Below are positions 26,326 through 37,398 of a stretch of DNA of 64,000 bases, one piece after another. Both the position numbers and the translations under genes were made by a program. A model generated the notes under the pieces. That model had not been told where the DNA came from. It was given only the letters and a program-made list of their open reading frames with translations, and made no database searches. Where the stretch lies: NCBI RefSeq assembly GCF_006345805.1, contig NC_043000.1, positions 158,720,001 to 158,784,000 on the forward strand, given 5' to 3'. Source of the stretch: Octopus sinensis. Lineage: Eukaryota. Numbering within the stretch: position 1 is the first letter of the stretch; each line of letters opens with the position of its first letter.

Positions 26326-26400
<75 letters not shown>

Positions 26401-26439
26401 CCGATTCTTTAGGTAAACATCGTCACCGGAGAGGAGAAA

Positions 26440-27045
26440 TTTCATTGAAAACAAGCGTCAATTTTTACCGTACAATCATCTTATCTACTCTACTGTATGG
26501 TACTGAGTCAGGGTTCACATACCGGTCACAAATCAATCAGCTTGATGTCTTCCACAAGTGGTGTCTTCGGCCAGTTTGGGACCTAATCTTGATGGTTGAA
26601 TCACCAATGTTGAACTTTTATCAAATGTAATTTTGAAGGCAGTATATGATTTGTTTATGCGATCACAACTTCGTTGGGCGAGACATGCCATGCACATGTA
26701 CGTAAGCAGGATTCCAAAGCGTCTTTTGTACAGTCGGCTTTATGAAAGGCTCTGGCTTCACTTTAAGGACAAACTGGAGGAGAAATCTCAAACGCACAGA
26801 TGTTCCTCTTGATTACTTTGAAGCGCTTGTTGCTCAAGAGCGACGTAAATGGAGATCAATGAGTTTTGAAGCAATTCGAAACTTCGAATGTGAACGTTTG
26901 ATTAATCTTCAACAAAAGAGAACTAGGTTAAAATACAGAAATGCGACACCAGCGGGTTATCGTGGTAGTTCAGTCTCTTGTCCACAGATTGGAAAATCTT
27001 TCAAATCTTTAGCTGGATTAAAGTCACATCAGACACAAACACAAG
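26440..27045 (+). pseudogene. RTE (BovB-like) LINE 3' fragment
   Basis: FYRTIILSTLLYGTES..YRSQINQLDVFHKWCLR, QLRWARH, RIPKRLLY, ERRKWRS...FE..R...QKR.RLK and terminal CPQIGKSFKSLAGLKSH (RTE C2H2-like end). Confidence 0.85.
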
Positions 27046-27599
27046 TTATACAAATTATATTAAACCACTAGGGCTTCATACATGGAAATCAACGGGAGAG
27101 TTCGTCATATATATATATATATATACAGAGGGAGAGAGAGAAATGGTGAACGAAGAGTATGAGTGCCCAGCTCTGCATTGGAAGATGCAATATGTTTGTG
27201 TATTAAGGTTACCATTGGTTCCATGGTAAGAAAACAATTTTCAATCCGATCACTTGGAAGAATGGTGCTCGTCTCCAGTTTGGAGATATGAAAGTTAGTG
27301 GCCGCAAGCTAAAACCGTATATTTATACAAAAAGCGAAAGAGGGATGGAGAGAGAGTGTGAGAGAGAGAGAGAGAGACGAATTATATGTAATAACGGCGC
27401 TTTTAAATTAATTTTCTTTCTTTTGCTAGCCTATTATATAGTGTGTTTTTCTCGTAGGATTTATGGTAGCAATATTGTCTTTTGAGGTCTATTTTCCAGT
27501 GCGTAGTGAGGCACAAGCCAAGGCCTTGTTATAATTATGTATATAATTATAAAATATTTATACATGCATACATACTTACATATATATATATATATATAT

Positions 27600-27652
<53 letters not shown>

Positions 27653-29128
27653 ATACACACACGCGTATATATATATTGTTTTTTATTGGTTTCAGCTCAA
27701 AGATAGATACATACATGAATAGATACATACATACATGCATGCATACATGCATACATACATACATACATACATACATACATACATACATACATACATACAT
27801 ACATACATACATACATACATACTATAATATAATATAATAGCGTGTTCCAAAAACCCTTGGATGGAGAAATTTCGAAGTTCTGTTTTGTTATAATGTGAGA
27901 AAGTCTTCCATATCTTTTCAAGATTTTAGTTAAGAACTCACGCGCAGCCTTCTACATTTTCCATTTAAATGTTTCTTTACAACGCACTATTATACACGTT
28001 ATATTTATAGCTTTGTCTATTTCGAGATTGATAGATAACCAAGATTAATAATTATATGTGTGTATGCAAGTATGTATGCATGCATGTATATATGCATGCA
28101 TGCATGTATATACATATGTATGTGTGTATGCATGTGTGTGAGTATGTGTGTGTTTGTGTTTATGCGTGCGTTTGTGTGTGTGTCTGTCTGTGTGTGCGTA
28201 TATTATATTTAGGGTACATAGATTATCAAAATTTACAGATCACTCACGCCTGAAATGTGTTATATTACTAGGAGTCCTCAGGTTCTATCACGTCTATCAT
28301 CGATAACTTAATCAAAACCTTTAATCAGATGGAAGCCATTATATTACTTGAAGAATGATCTACAAAATACTTGGACCATCTTACATCAATTTTTTTTTAT
28401 TTTTCATAAATTCCTTACGAGTCATTAAGGATTACACGATTCCCTGAATCTAAAGATATGGTAAGGCACTCTAAATTATTTTACTCCCTAAACCTAAAAT
28501 GTTCATAACTTAACTATCGGCTAATGTAGTAGTATTTATACAGCTATTTGACCTAGCAGATATAGGAAGCAAATATTCTTAGAACTAAAACCTGCCTTCA
28601 CTTCAAAGGAGGGAGGAATTTATTTCTAATATTTTAGATAGATTACTTTTGATCAGAGGTTTAGTCCAACATTAAATCCTAAATCTTTAACTGAATAACA
28701 AAGAAAATAGTTTATTTTACACTGACATATTATCGTACAAATTCAGTCTTATATGTTTACTTAACCCCACACATACAGAAAGTGAATAACGAATTTGATA
28801 TAAACTACATCTAAAACCTAACAGCTCTGCCATTAATATCACGCACATCACATCATGCAACCAGATGCCTTCTGGGAATTGCATAAAGGGATAGAAATCT
28901 TCATCTCAACTTAGTCGCTGATGAGGTGACAGGTTAAGGGTGACAGAGAAGAAAGAATCAATTTCGCTGGCTCTTGAGGTTGTGTGATTGCAGCAGTTGT
29001 GGGAAAAGGGTCCGACAAATCATTTCAAGGGGATACAGACGACTGCAGTTAGCCCCACGTTGGCAACGATGTTGATAATAATGATGGTGATGATCATGAT
29101 TTGCTTGATAGCAACGACAATGAAAATG

Positions 29129-29311
29129 TATTTCTTTACTGCCCACAAGGGGCTAAACATAGAGGGGACAAGCAAAGACAGACAAAGGAATTAAGTCGAT
29201 TACATCGACCCCAGTGGGAAACTGGTACTTTATTTATCGACCCCGAAAGCATGAAAAGCAAAGTCGACCTCGGCGGGATCTGAACTCAGAACGTAACGAC
29301 AGACGAAATAC
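29129..29311 (-). mobile_element. SINE family B, 5'-truncated at the GAAATAC motif
   Basis: Tail and core are intact; the sequence stops at ...AGACGAAATAC and runs into a (GAT)n tract. Confidence 0.85.
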
Positions 29312-29632
29312 GATGATGATGTTCATGATGATACTGACGATGATGATGACGATGGGGGACAGGAGTAGGAGTGGTAGGGTATTGATAGTAGTGGTGCTAT
29401 GGAGTTGGTAGTGATGATGATGGTGGTGGTATTGAGGGTGATGGTAATGATGAAATAATGACGATGACGACGACGATGACGATAATAGTGACCGCCACTT
29501 TCATTGTAATGATGCCGTCGGCTATGATTATGATATTAATGATGATGATGATGATGGTTGTGGTAATGTTGGTGGTTGTGGTGGTTGTGGTGGTTGTGGT
29601 GATGATGATGATGTCAACGTGATGGTAAGACG
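29312..29632. repeat. GAT/GGT/GAC trinucleotide low-complexity tract
   Basis: Mixed triplet repeats. Confidence 0.85.
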
Positions 29633-30328
29633 ATTACTTGGTTGTATATTCGTGTGGACTATTTAACCACAAATGGCACTTCCGGTTTCCGCTATTCCTC
29701 CTTCTCGCGAATTAATCACTTAATCACTATAAGGCACAGGAAATGGGGATTTGTGCCAGGAACTGTGTTGTTGAATAGTTTATACGATAACTACAGACAG
29801 TCAATATATTGATTTCTTAAACAGGAATAAGACATCAGATTTAAAATGAATGGAAGAATTAGAATGTGTACCGCACGTAGTTGTAAGAAAAACATTAAAG
29901 ACGTCAGCGTTGTATAATTAAAATAGTAACAATGTAGAATCGAAACCAAGAGAGAGAGACTCACATGGCTGGAATGTTCGCTTCTACCTTGCGTCGCTTG
30001 TCACAGCAGACCAGGCGTTCCAACGGGAGCAACGTACGTAAACGCGTAATGTTTTACGTGTGTATGCACAAAACACATACATGCATCTGTAAACACACGC
30101 ACACACACATACACACATACACGTATGCACTCACACACACATATGTATGTAAGTATAAGCTTATTTTTATAAGAACAATTTTACATTTCTCCGATGGGTT
30201 TCCCCATCCTTTTCTAGAGTGTAAAATTATTATTCTTAAAATAGAATGTTATTGACAATGACTTTGATATTTCGGCCAGCTTAAGCACTCGAGCGCATAC
30301 GTACACACATACACACACACATATGATA

Positions 30329-30727
30329 TCTTTATATATAAAAGTCAAGTTGTGTGTCTGTCTCCTACGATTTAGATTCCTAACTACTCCCACATTTTGC
30401 GGTGCAGTTTAACCAAAACCGGGTATCTTATAGTCGTGATTCATATCGAGCCCTTCTGGGTATTAGCGCGCGTCTACGATGAGTCTACGATTTAAAAAAA
30501 AATTTACATAAATTTTTTTTCCATTTTAATGCATCTTTTCGCTATTATATAAGGGAATTAACTCTCTAAAAATGTCTACGATGAGTCAACGATTTTTTAA
30601 AAAAAATACCATTATTTTTTTTCCATTTTTAATGCATTTTTTTGCTATTTTTTGGATATAACTCTCTAAAAATGCTTATATAGTTATTTCCCTTACAAAC
30701 CCGAGCAACGCCGGGCGATACTGCTAG
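30329..30727 (+). mobile_element. Non-autonomous Helitron (399 bp)
   Basis: A|TC 5' end, CCCGAGCAACGCCGGG hairpin and CTAG|T 3' end. The last 36 nt match the autonomous Helitron end at 32/36. Internal ~110-bp duplication. Confidence 0.9.
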
Positions 30728-31333
30728 TATGTGTATATAATGCAAATTATTTTTATTTGCCAAGAGTGGTTCTCTCACGTCCTAATCCCCGTGTGACGCC
30801 TCTCAACGACTCTAATACCAGTGGTAGTATTTATAGAGTCAGTAGATACAGAAAAGACGATGTGGGACAAATATGACTCACCGAGCGGTGAATTCTGATT
30901 GGATACGATAGATGACCATTCACCGGAACTACCGAACAGGTTTTGCTGTACAGTGCTGCAAACAAACAACGAAAGATGGGGCTGAAACTAGTTGCCGTGT
31001 GAACAGCCGCTAATTGCTGGTGCTCAATAATATCAAAACATTTTCATTCGAGGTAGGCACTGAAATCCAGCCTGCGTTCCGGCGAACCATTCGTTCTCAA
31101 CACAGTAGCGAATGTTATTTCAAAGCCGTACAAACCTGTTATGTGTGTGCCCCCTTTTCTCCTGAGCGGAATCACTTTTCTGAAATACCGTATTTTCTAC
31201 AGACCACATTCAGAACCACTTTGTTACCTATTGGGCCCAAGAAGTAACACAGCCGCAAACCTGGAATTTATCCAAAAAGAGCATGAAAGCTTGTGGATCG
31301 GACACTCTGGGGTCGTTGATCGTTACCACATCA

Positions 31334-32183
31334 ATTAGGTTGTTTGGAAAATACTGTCCGATTTTTCGAATACTTGTGATATTTCTGTATTGTTCTAGAC
31401 GAAATTATACATGCTTAATATGTGATGGGTACTCTTTAATGAGTTTATATTGATTTTTTCAAGATATACTTTTGAAATGTAGAAATCCTTAATTTTAAAT
31501 ATGGAAAAATGTAAAAAAATGACGTTACCGTTTTTGCAAGAATTTCAGCTTGGCTATAATGCTTCACAAACAGCCGCCAATATCAACAGAGCATGGAGGT
31601 GAAGGGCCCACTAGTGATCGAATGGTAAAACGGTACACTGAGAATGAGAGGTAGAGGTTTCCATCCGTCTTTAATGATCAGCGTTTGAACAGAATACAGT
31701 TTTCTGGAACCTAAACAGAGTATTATGCATCGGAAGTTTATCGTAAACAACTGGAAGAAATGCACGTTCACTTGAACAAAATGAGACTTGCACTTGTTTC
31801 TCGATGTGGTCCAATTCTGCACCATGTGAATGTGCCAGGATGGCACTTCAGAAGTTCACTTACTTGGGATACGAGACTTTACTTCATCTTCCATATTCTC
31901 CTGATCTTTAACCCACCGGCTTACCACTTTTCAAGCTTCTAGACACTTTTTAAGGCAAGAAACCTTCCACTCCTAAACCGATGTCGAAATGAAATTCAAG
32001 GATTTCTTGGCATCAAAACCTTTTGATTTTTATAAAGAGGTATAAAGGACCTTGTTAATCGATGGGAGAAATGCATAGCTGTTCAGGGATTATATTTTGA
32101 ATAATTAAACACTTGTATAAGTTCCGCTTTTCAAGAATATAGGCTTTTTTTTAAATCGGCCACTATTTTCCAAACAACCAAAT
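31334..32183 (+). mobile_element. Internally deleted mariner (DD34D) DNA transposon
   Basis: TIRs ATTAGGTTGTTTGGAAAATACTGTCCGATTT and its near-complement (28/31). Relic peptides EFQLGYNASQTAANINRAW, LVSRCGPILHHVN, PYSPDL and GIKDLVNRWEKCI. Confidence 0.9.
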
Positions 32184-33614
32184 GTATATATAGCGACCTG
32201 AAATAGTTGTGCAAGAACCTCAGTTTATAAACTTACCGCTACGATGTCAATTTACACTATCTAATCTTTGCAGACAACATCGGCAAGATACAGGATCATG
32301 TCCGATGTTTTTATAAAGAGATAGGTAGTCCCTCCCTCTGTTTGGCTTTTAGTATTTTGATTTCAGATCTGTGGATTATCCTCTATTGATATTCTGTCGG
32401 AAATTCCCTGGACATTGGGTGTATTGCTATATTAGAACTTCTATATATGTTGTGATAACTGATTGATTTTATGTGCTATGGTATGATTTAAAGGGTTACG
32501 GTTATTGTGAATTAGTTCTTGTGTTTATGGCTGTGTAGTTAAGATGGTTAATTTTGTTCCTGCACCTATTCGGTCAACGTCGAACTGATGGAGGCAATAA
32601 TTCAATGTACAACACATTCATTTGATCACTACGAACAAATTATTTGTGCAGGTTGTTCGCCAAGTGCTGAACACTCATACATCTTCTTCATGTTTATATA
32701 TAAAATCAACGAATTCTTTTCAATCAATGCGAGCTACTTTTATGTTAAAAATATATCTAAGCGATATATTTCGTATTTATCTGCTTATGCATCATTAATC
32801 TTACCGTTCACTTAGGGCCAAAATAAACAATACTTCCTTTAAAGATGTGATGCTCTTTATATAACTTACTTGAAAAAATTCTTATCAAATATACTATCCA
32901 CTCCTTCAAGCATCAAATCTAATAATCCAGAAAAAACATCCATTGACTGTGAGATGTGTTATTGACTGGTTTCTCCGAACTATGATAAACAATAAGAATT
33001 CTGTATATCTATCGCTCTCTCTCTCTCTCTCTCTCTCTGCATATATATACATAAATAGACACATATATGTATGTATATGTATGTATATTTAGCTATATAT
33101 ATACATATGTATTTCTGTGTGTATTTGTGTGTGTGTTTGTGTGTGTGCGTGTGCGTGTGTGTGTTTGTGTGTATGTGTGTCTAAGTCTGCATCTCCTGTC
33201 GTATAATATAGACATGTCTGCTACATTTTCATTCCATTCCCTACTAATATATTAATCTTTGATGTAAGATTATGTTTTGTTTATAAACGTGATTCTATTT
33301 TTATGTAGATATGTGAAGAGCTACTAGATTACAAATGGATGTGAAGAACCTTAACACACACATACATTCAATAGCACGCACACATATATACAGACTATAT
33401 AGCTATGCTAACGTCCTTGCAGAGAGAAAGCCAGAGCTTGAAACAGGGACAGGACAAGATATAGAGAGACATATGGTAATGATAAATAGGTAAATTGCTG
33501 AATATACAGCCGTAGACACTGATAGCAAGGTAGAGGCAGATTTATGTATGTATGTATGTATGTATGTATGTATGTATGTATGTATGTATGTATGTATGTA
33601 TGTATGTACGTATG

Positions 33615-33646
<32 letters not shown>

Positions 33647-33651
<5 letters not shown>

Positions 33652-34115
33652 AATCTCTGAGCGAGATGTAAAAAATAGCTGCACGACAACGTGAAGTATA
33701 TTTGCCACTTAAATGTGGCTAACACTTATAACACTTAAGGTTGGATGCTACTGTTGCTTGTAGCCCAAGGAGGACATCTCCTCCAGCTGGCTATTGACAC
33801 AAAGTCTATGCTCTATCAGTATTTGAAAAAGGGAAGCCATCCTTCCCATCTTCAATCTGACATGATACACGTGGACTCGAGTTTCTGGGTATTGATCCGT
33901 CATCAGCGTGTGATAATCACCGATTGCCGATGAAAAGTGTGTCCCCTTTGCAAATATATACCCTTTTTCCAGTGAAGAACATTCACTGATATCGAAAAAG
34001 TGTAAACAAGTAATAATAAATCTCTGAGCGAGGCGTAAACAATAGCTGCACGACAACGTGAAGTATATTTGCCACTTAAATGTGGCTAACCCTCAAGAGT
34101 GGATGCTACTGTTGC
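33647..34115 (-). mobile_element. ~367-bp hammerhead-containing unit in ~1.3 tandem copies (PLE pLTR/retrozyme-like)
   Basis: TAATAAATCTCTGAGCGAG...GGATGCTACTGTTGC starts at both 33647 and 34014 (period 367). HHR core on the minus strand. Confidence 0.75.
33867..33911 (-). ncRNA. Type I hammerhead ribozyme, core intact, stems partly decayed
   Basis: Minus strand ACACG-CUGAUGA-CGGAU-CAAU-ACCCA-GAAA-CUCGAG-UC-CACGUGU. Stem III is the palindrome ACUCGAGU and the triplet is GUC. Stem II has 2 mismatches and the stem I register is offset by 2 nt. Confidence 0.7.
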
Positions 34116-34119
34116 AAAC

Positions 34120-35760
34120 GTATGAAGATGAATGTGGAATGAATATATTTATAATGCAAATGAGACGGCCATCTCGCTTCCGCTGCAAGATGAAACCGTG
34201 AATACCATTATAAGCTTTTTTAAAAAACAATGTTCATACAGTCCTTATATCTTTTCTTTTTATTTGAAGCAAAAGACACACTTCAACTTTTAAACAACCT
34301 CTTGCCTCGCTTCGAGGCGAAACCGTTACTTTCTCCTTTGTTTTTATTTTACCATTATAAACTAAAAAAAGACTATTTTCATACAGCCCTTATTACTTTT
34401 CCCTTTTTTAAAAACAAACGAAAACCAGATGTTTATCTTAATGTTCAATCTTTTGTAAACCTATTCATTATTTCCTTTTTAAAAAAAAATTGGTAAGTTC
34501 AAGAAAATCTTTTCTCAGTCACAGTTTTTATAAGTGTCCATTACTTACCACTTGGTTTATCCTATTTCACTATGATTTTCCTTTGGATTTTTTTCTCGTG
34601 TTGTCTTTTTCTCCTTTTTTTCCTGCTGTTCTTGTACTTTCCTCTTCAAGTCTGTGAGGTCTTGCGTTTGTATGTCAGTGTATTCCTGCATTTGTGTGTC
34701 TCTGTGTTCGTTTGACTGCAATTCTGTGTTCTTCTTCTCTGTGTGTCTGTGTCTTTCGGTTTTCGCAATTCTCCGTTGTCTCGTTTATGTTCTGCGTTAC
34801 TCTGTAATACTTTTCTTGGTACTTCCATTGTTTCTCTTTCCATCCCTTTCCACTCCTTTTCACTTCCACTGTCGCTGGAGACCTTTTCCTTTCTCGCTTT
34901 CTTTGCTTTGCTTTCGCCAACTTCTCATTATTTTCTGTTTCTCTTTGCTTTATTTCTCTTTCTATCATTTGTCTCTCTGGCATTTCTATATTTTCACTAA
35001 GGTATTGTCCTTTCATGTATCCTCTTCCGCCGCATTTGTAACATTTTGGGGGTCTCCTTGCCAACATTATCTCTAGTCATTCGCCTGCTGATAATTCTAC
35101 CGTTTCTGGCAAGTCTTCGTAATACTCCCCATAATTCATATTTTCAGTACTGTTTACTGTGTGAATCACCAGTTTCTTGCTTCCCCTCTATAGATTCGAG
35201 TCGAAAATTGCTATTACCCATTCTGGGTCTATCATAGGTGGGATTCTTCCCACTCTTACTTTGAAACACCTTTTTCCTGGAGTGTCTGTTATTAACATCC
35301 ATTTTTCTCCTTCTATCGTCTATCCATCGTTTAAGATCACGTTCTCTTCTGTAGCAAATGAAACTGTTATCGTGCTATATTCTTTCCCTCTTTTGAAGAA
35401 GATTACTCCTTTACCTATAGTTACTCAGTAATATTTCTTCAATCTCTTCTTATGGCGCTCTTTCTATTCTTCTGTTTTCGATAGAGAAGGTTCTGAATAT
35501 CACCGTTTTGTTCATGTATTTTCTCTTTTCATCCTCTGGCATAATCAATTTGCTATTAGTGCCTTCCTTCTCTACCATGCTGTGATATTTCCTCAACTTC
35601 TTCTCGTCCAAATCCAGTTCATCCTGCTTCAGCCCACGTGGATTCACATCATCTCAAACTCCAGCAGCTTCCGCATAAATCTTCATTTTCAAATGTTTCT
35701 TTTCACCTACAACGGCGTCCTCGCAATAACCCGGCTACACTTCTTCAAAAACAACAAAAA
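34120..35760 (-). mobile_element. Decayed non-LTR element with gag-like ORF1 relic and no ORF2
   Basis: KTVIFRTFS..., KRCFKVRVGRIPPMIDPEWVIAI and PPKCYKCGGRGYMKGQY (degenerate CCHC knuckle) parallel the ORF1 at 60188. The 3' region carries 147-bp-period direct repeats (34203, 34350). Confidence 0.6.
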
Positions 35761-35762
35761 TC

Positions 35763-36339
35763 TAGAATAGCATGGCGTGCTAGTTGGAGATGCCTATCTA
35801 GCTCTTGTAAGCATATAATTATTCTAGTGAAATACATTTACTGATTTCAGAAATAGAAATAATACATTTCTAAATCTCTCAGATAGATTTATGCAGTAGT
35901 GATACAATAAAGTAGTTGTATGCTGTCAGCTTAATGTGATATTTCCATGCAGGGAATAATACTACTGCTATTTAGCCCTAGGAAATAGCACCGCTTCCTG
36001 TCAGCCTTGACACAGTCCTTATGAATGTATTTCACCTGAATAATTATATGTTTACAAGGGTTAGATAGGCATCTCCAATAAGCAAGCCATGCTACTCCAG
36101 ACTGAAGACGCGCAACGACTCAAAAACTATTCTCTAAATGCTGGCTTAGCTGGGTAGAGGTGTTTAACTCCCCCTTGTAAACATAAGGACACAGGAAATG
36201 TATCAAGTCCGACAGGAAGCGTTGCAGCTTCCTAGGGCTAAATAGCAGTAGTATTATTCCCTTCATGGGACTGTCACATTAAGTTGACAGTATACAACTA
36301 CCTTATCGTATCACCACTGCATAAATCTCTCTGAGAGAT
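35763..36339. mobile_element. Diverging-arm inverted unit (A'-linker-B'-A-HHR relic-B), ~351-nt monomer
   Basis: 35763-35838 is the inverse of 36024-36099, and 35874-36023 is the inverse of 36182-36339. CTGAAGA relic at 36102. Confidence 0.75.
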
Positions 36340-36345
36340 ATGTAT

Positions 36346-36433
<88 letters not shown>

Positions 36434-36436
<3 letters not shown>

Positions 36437-37227
36437 AGGGTGCGGTTATTAAACTGTCGCCTAATTTACGCAAAAATGAAAGTAACATTGACATCTCATT
36501 TTACAGATATATTTACCTAAATTATTACATAGAAATATCTTGAAATACTAAAGAGTAAAATCCTCCAATAAAATCGCCATCGGCTTCATCCACGGTCTGT
36601 AGACGAGTTCAGAATCTCATGCATCTCTTCTGGATGGTCTCCTTGTTTAGGTTGGTGAATGCTACCATAACAATTCATCTTTCGTATTACAAGGAGTTTT
36701 GTTGGTTTCTCGCTCAACTGAGCCCCATATATATAATAGTGAAGGGTCTTGCAGTCTGGCGAGTTAAGTGACCAGATGTTAGGGGTGATGTGGTTGCGGA
36801 AATTGTCTGATGGCCATGACTGGGTTCTCTTGGTTGTGTGGCATGGTGCAGAGACCAGTTGCGATACATAGTATCTTCCAGCAACCATTCTCTTGAACCA
36901 GGGCAGCACCACTTCCTCCAGGCACTTGATGTAGACCTCCCTGTTAAAACCGTGTGGGAAAAGCAATGACGGTACAACGTCGCCATCACTAGTGATCACT
37001 CTAAACACCATGATGTTGAGTGGATGTCTGATTTTTATTGCTCCCGGTACGTGTCCTCCGATTGCATTGTCATCAGATTGACACCAAAACACTCTGAAAT
37101 GTTCGTATTGTAGCTTTCGTTGCGAATGCCAAGCAGTACAGCATGTCATTTCCAAATTTCTGGGAGAGAGAATTGCCTTATGTTGCGGCTTTTCTCACAG
37201 GCGACGCTCAACTGACCCTACCATACT
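36434..37227 (-). mobile_element. Dead Tc1/mariner-superfamily DD37D (maT) element
   Basis: TA-CAGGGTG left end and a degenerate right TIR (AGGCGAC...). Peptide HPLNIMVFRVITSDGDV...YIKCLEEVVLPW...SAPCHT...NSPDC has 37 residues between the two mutated (V, H) catalytic positions. Confidence 0.8.
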
Positions 37228-37398
37228 GAGAAGTCGACAAAATCAAACCCAACTAATGCGCATAATCATAAATATAAAATGGTGACAGGACAATTTACTC
37301 ATTGCATCCTTTATCTGTGTGCTTGTGTATATATATATATATACTAGCAGCATAGCCCGGCGTTGCCCGGGTATGTAAGAGCCCCTAGTAGGCAACAA

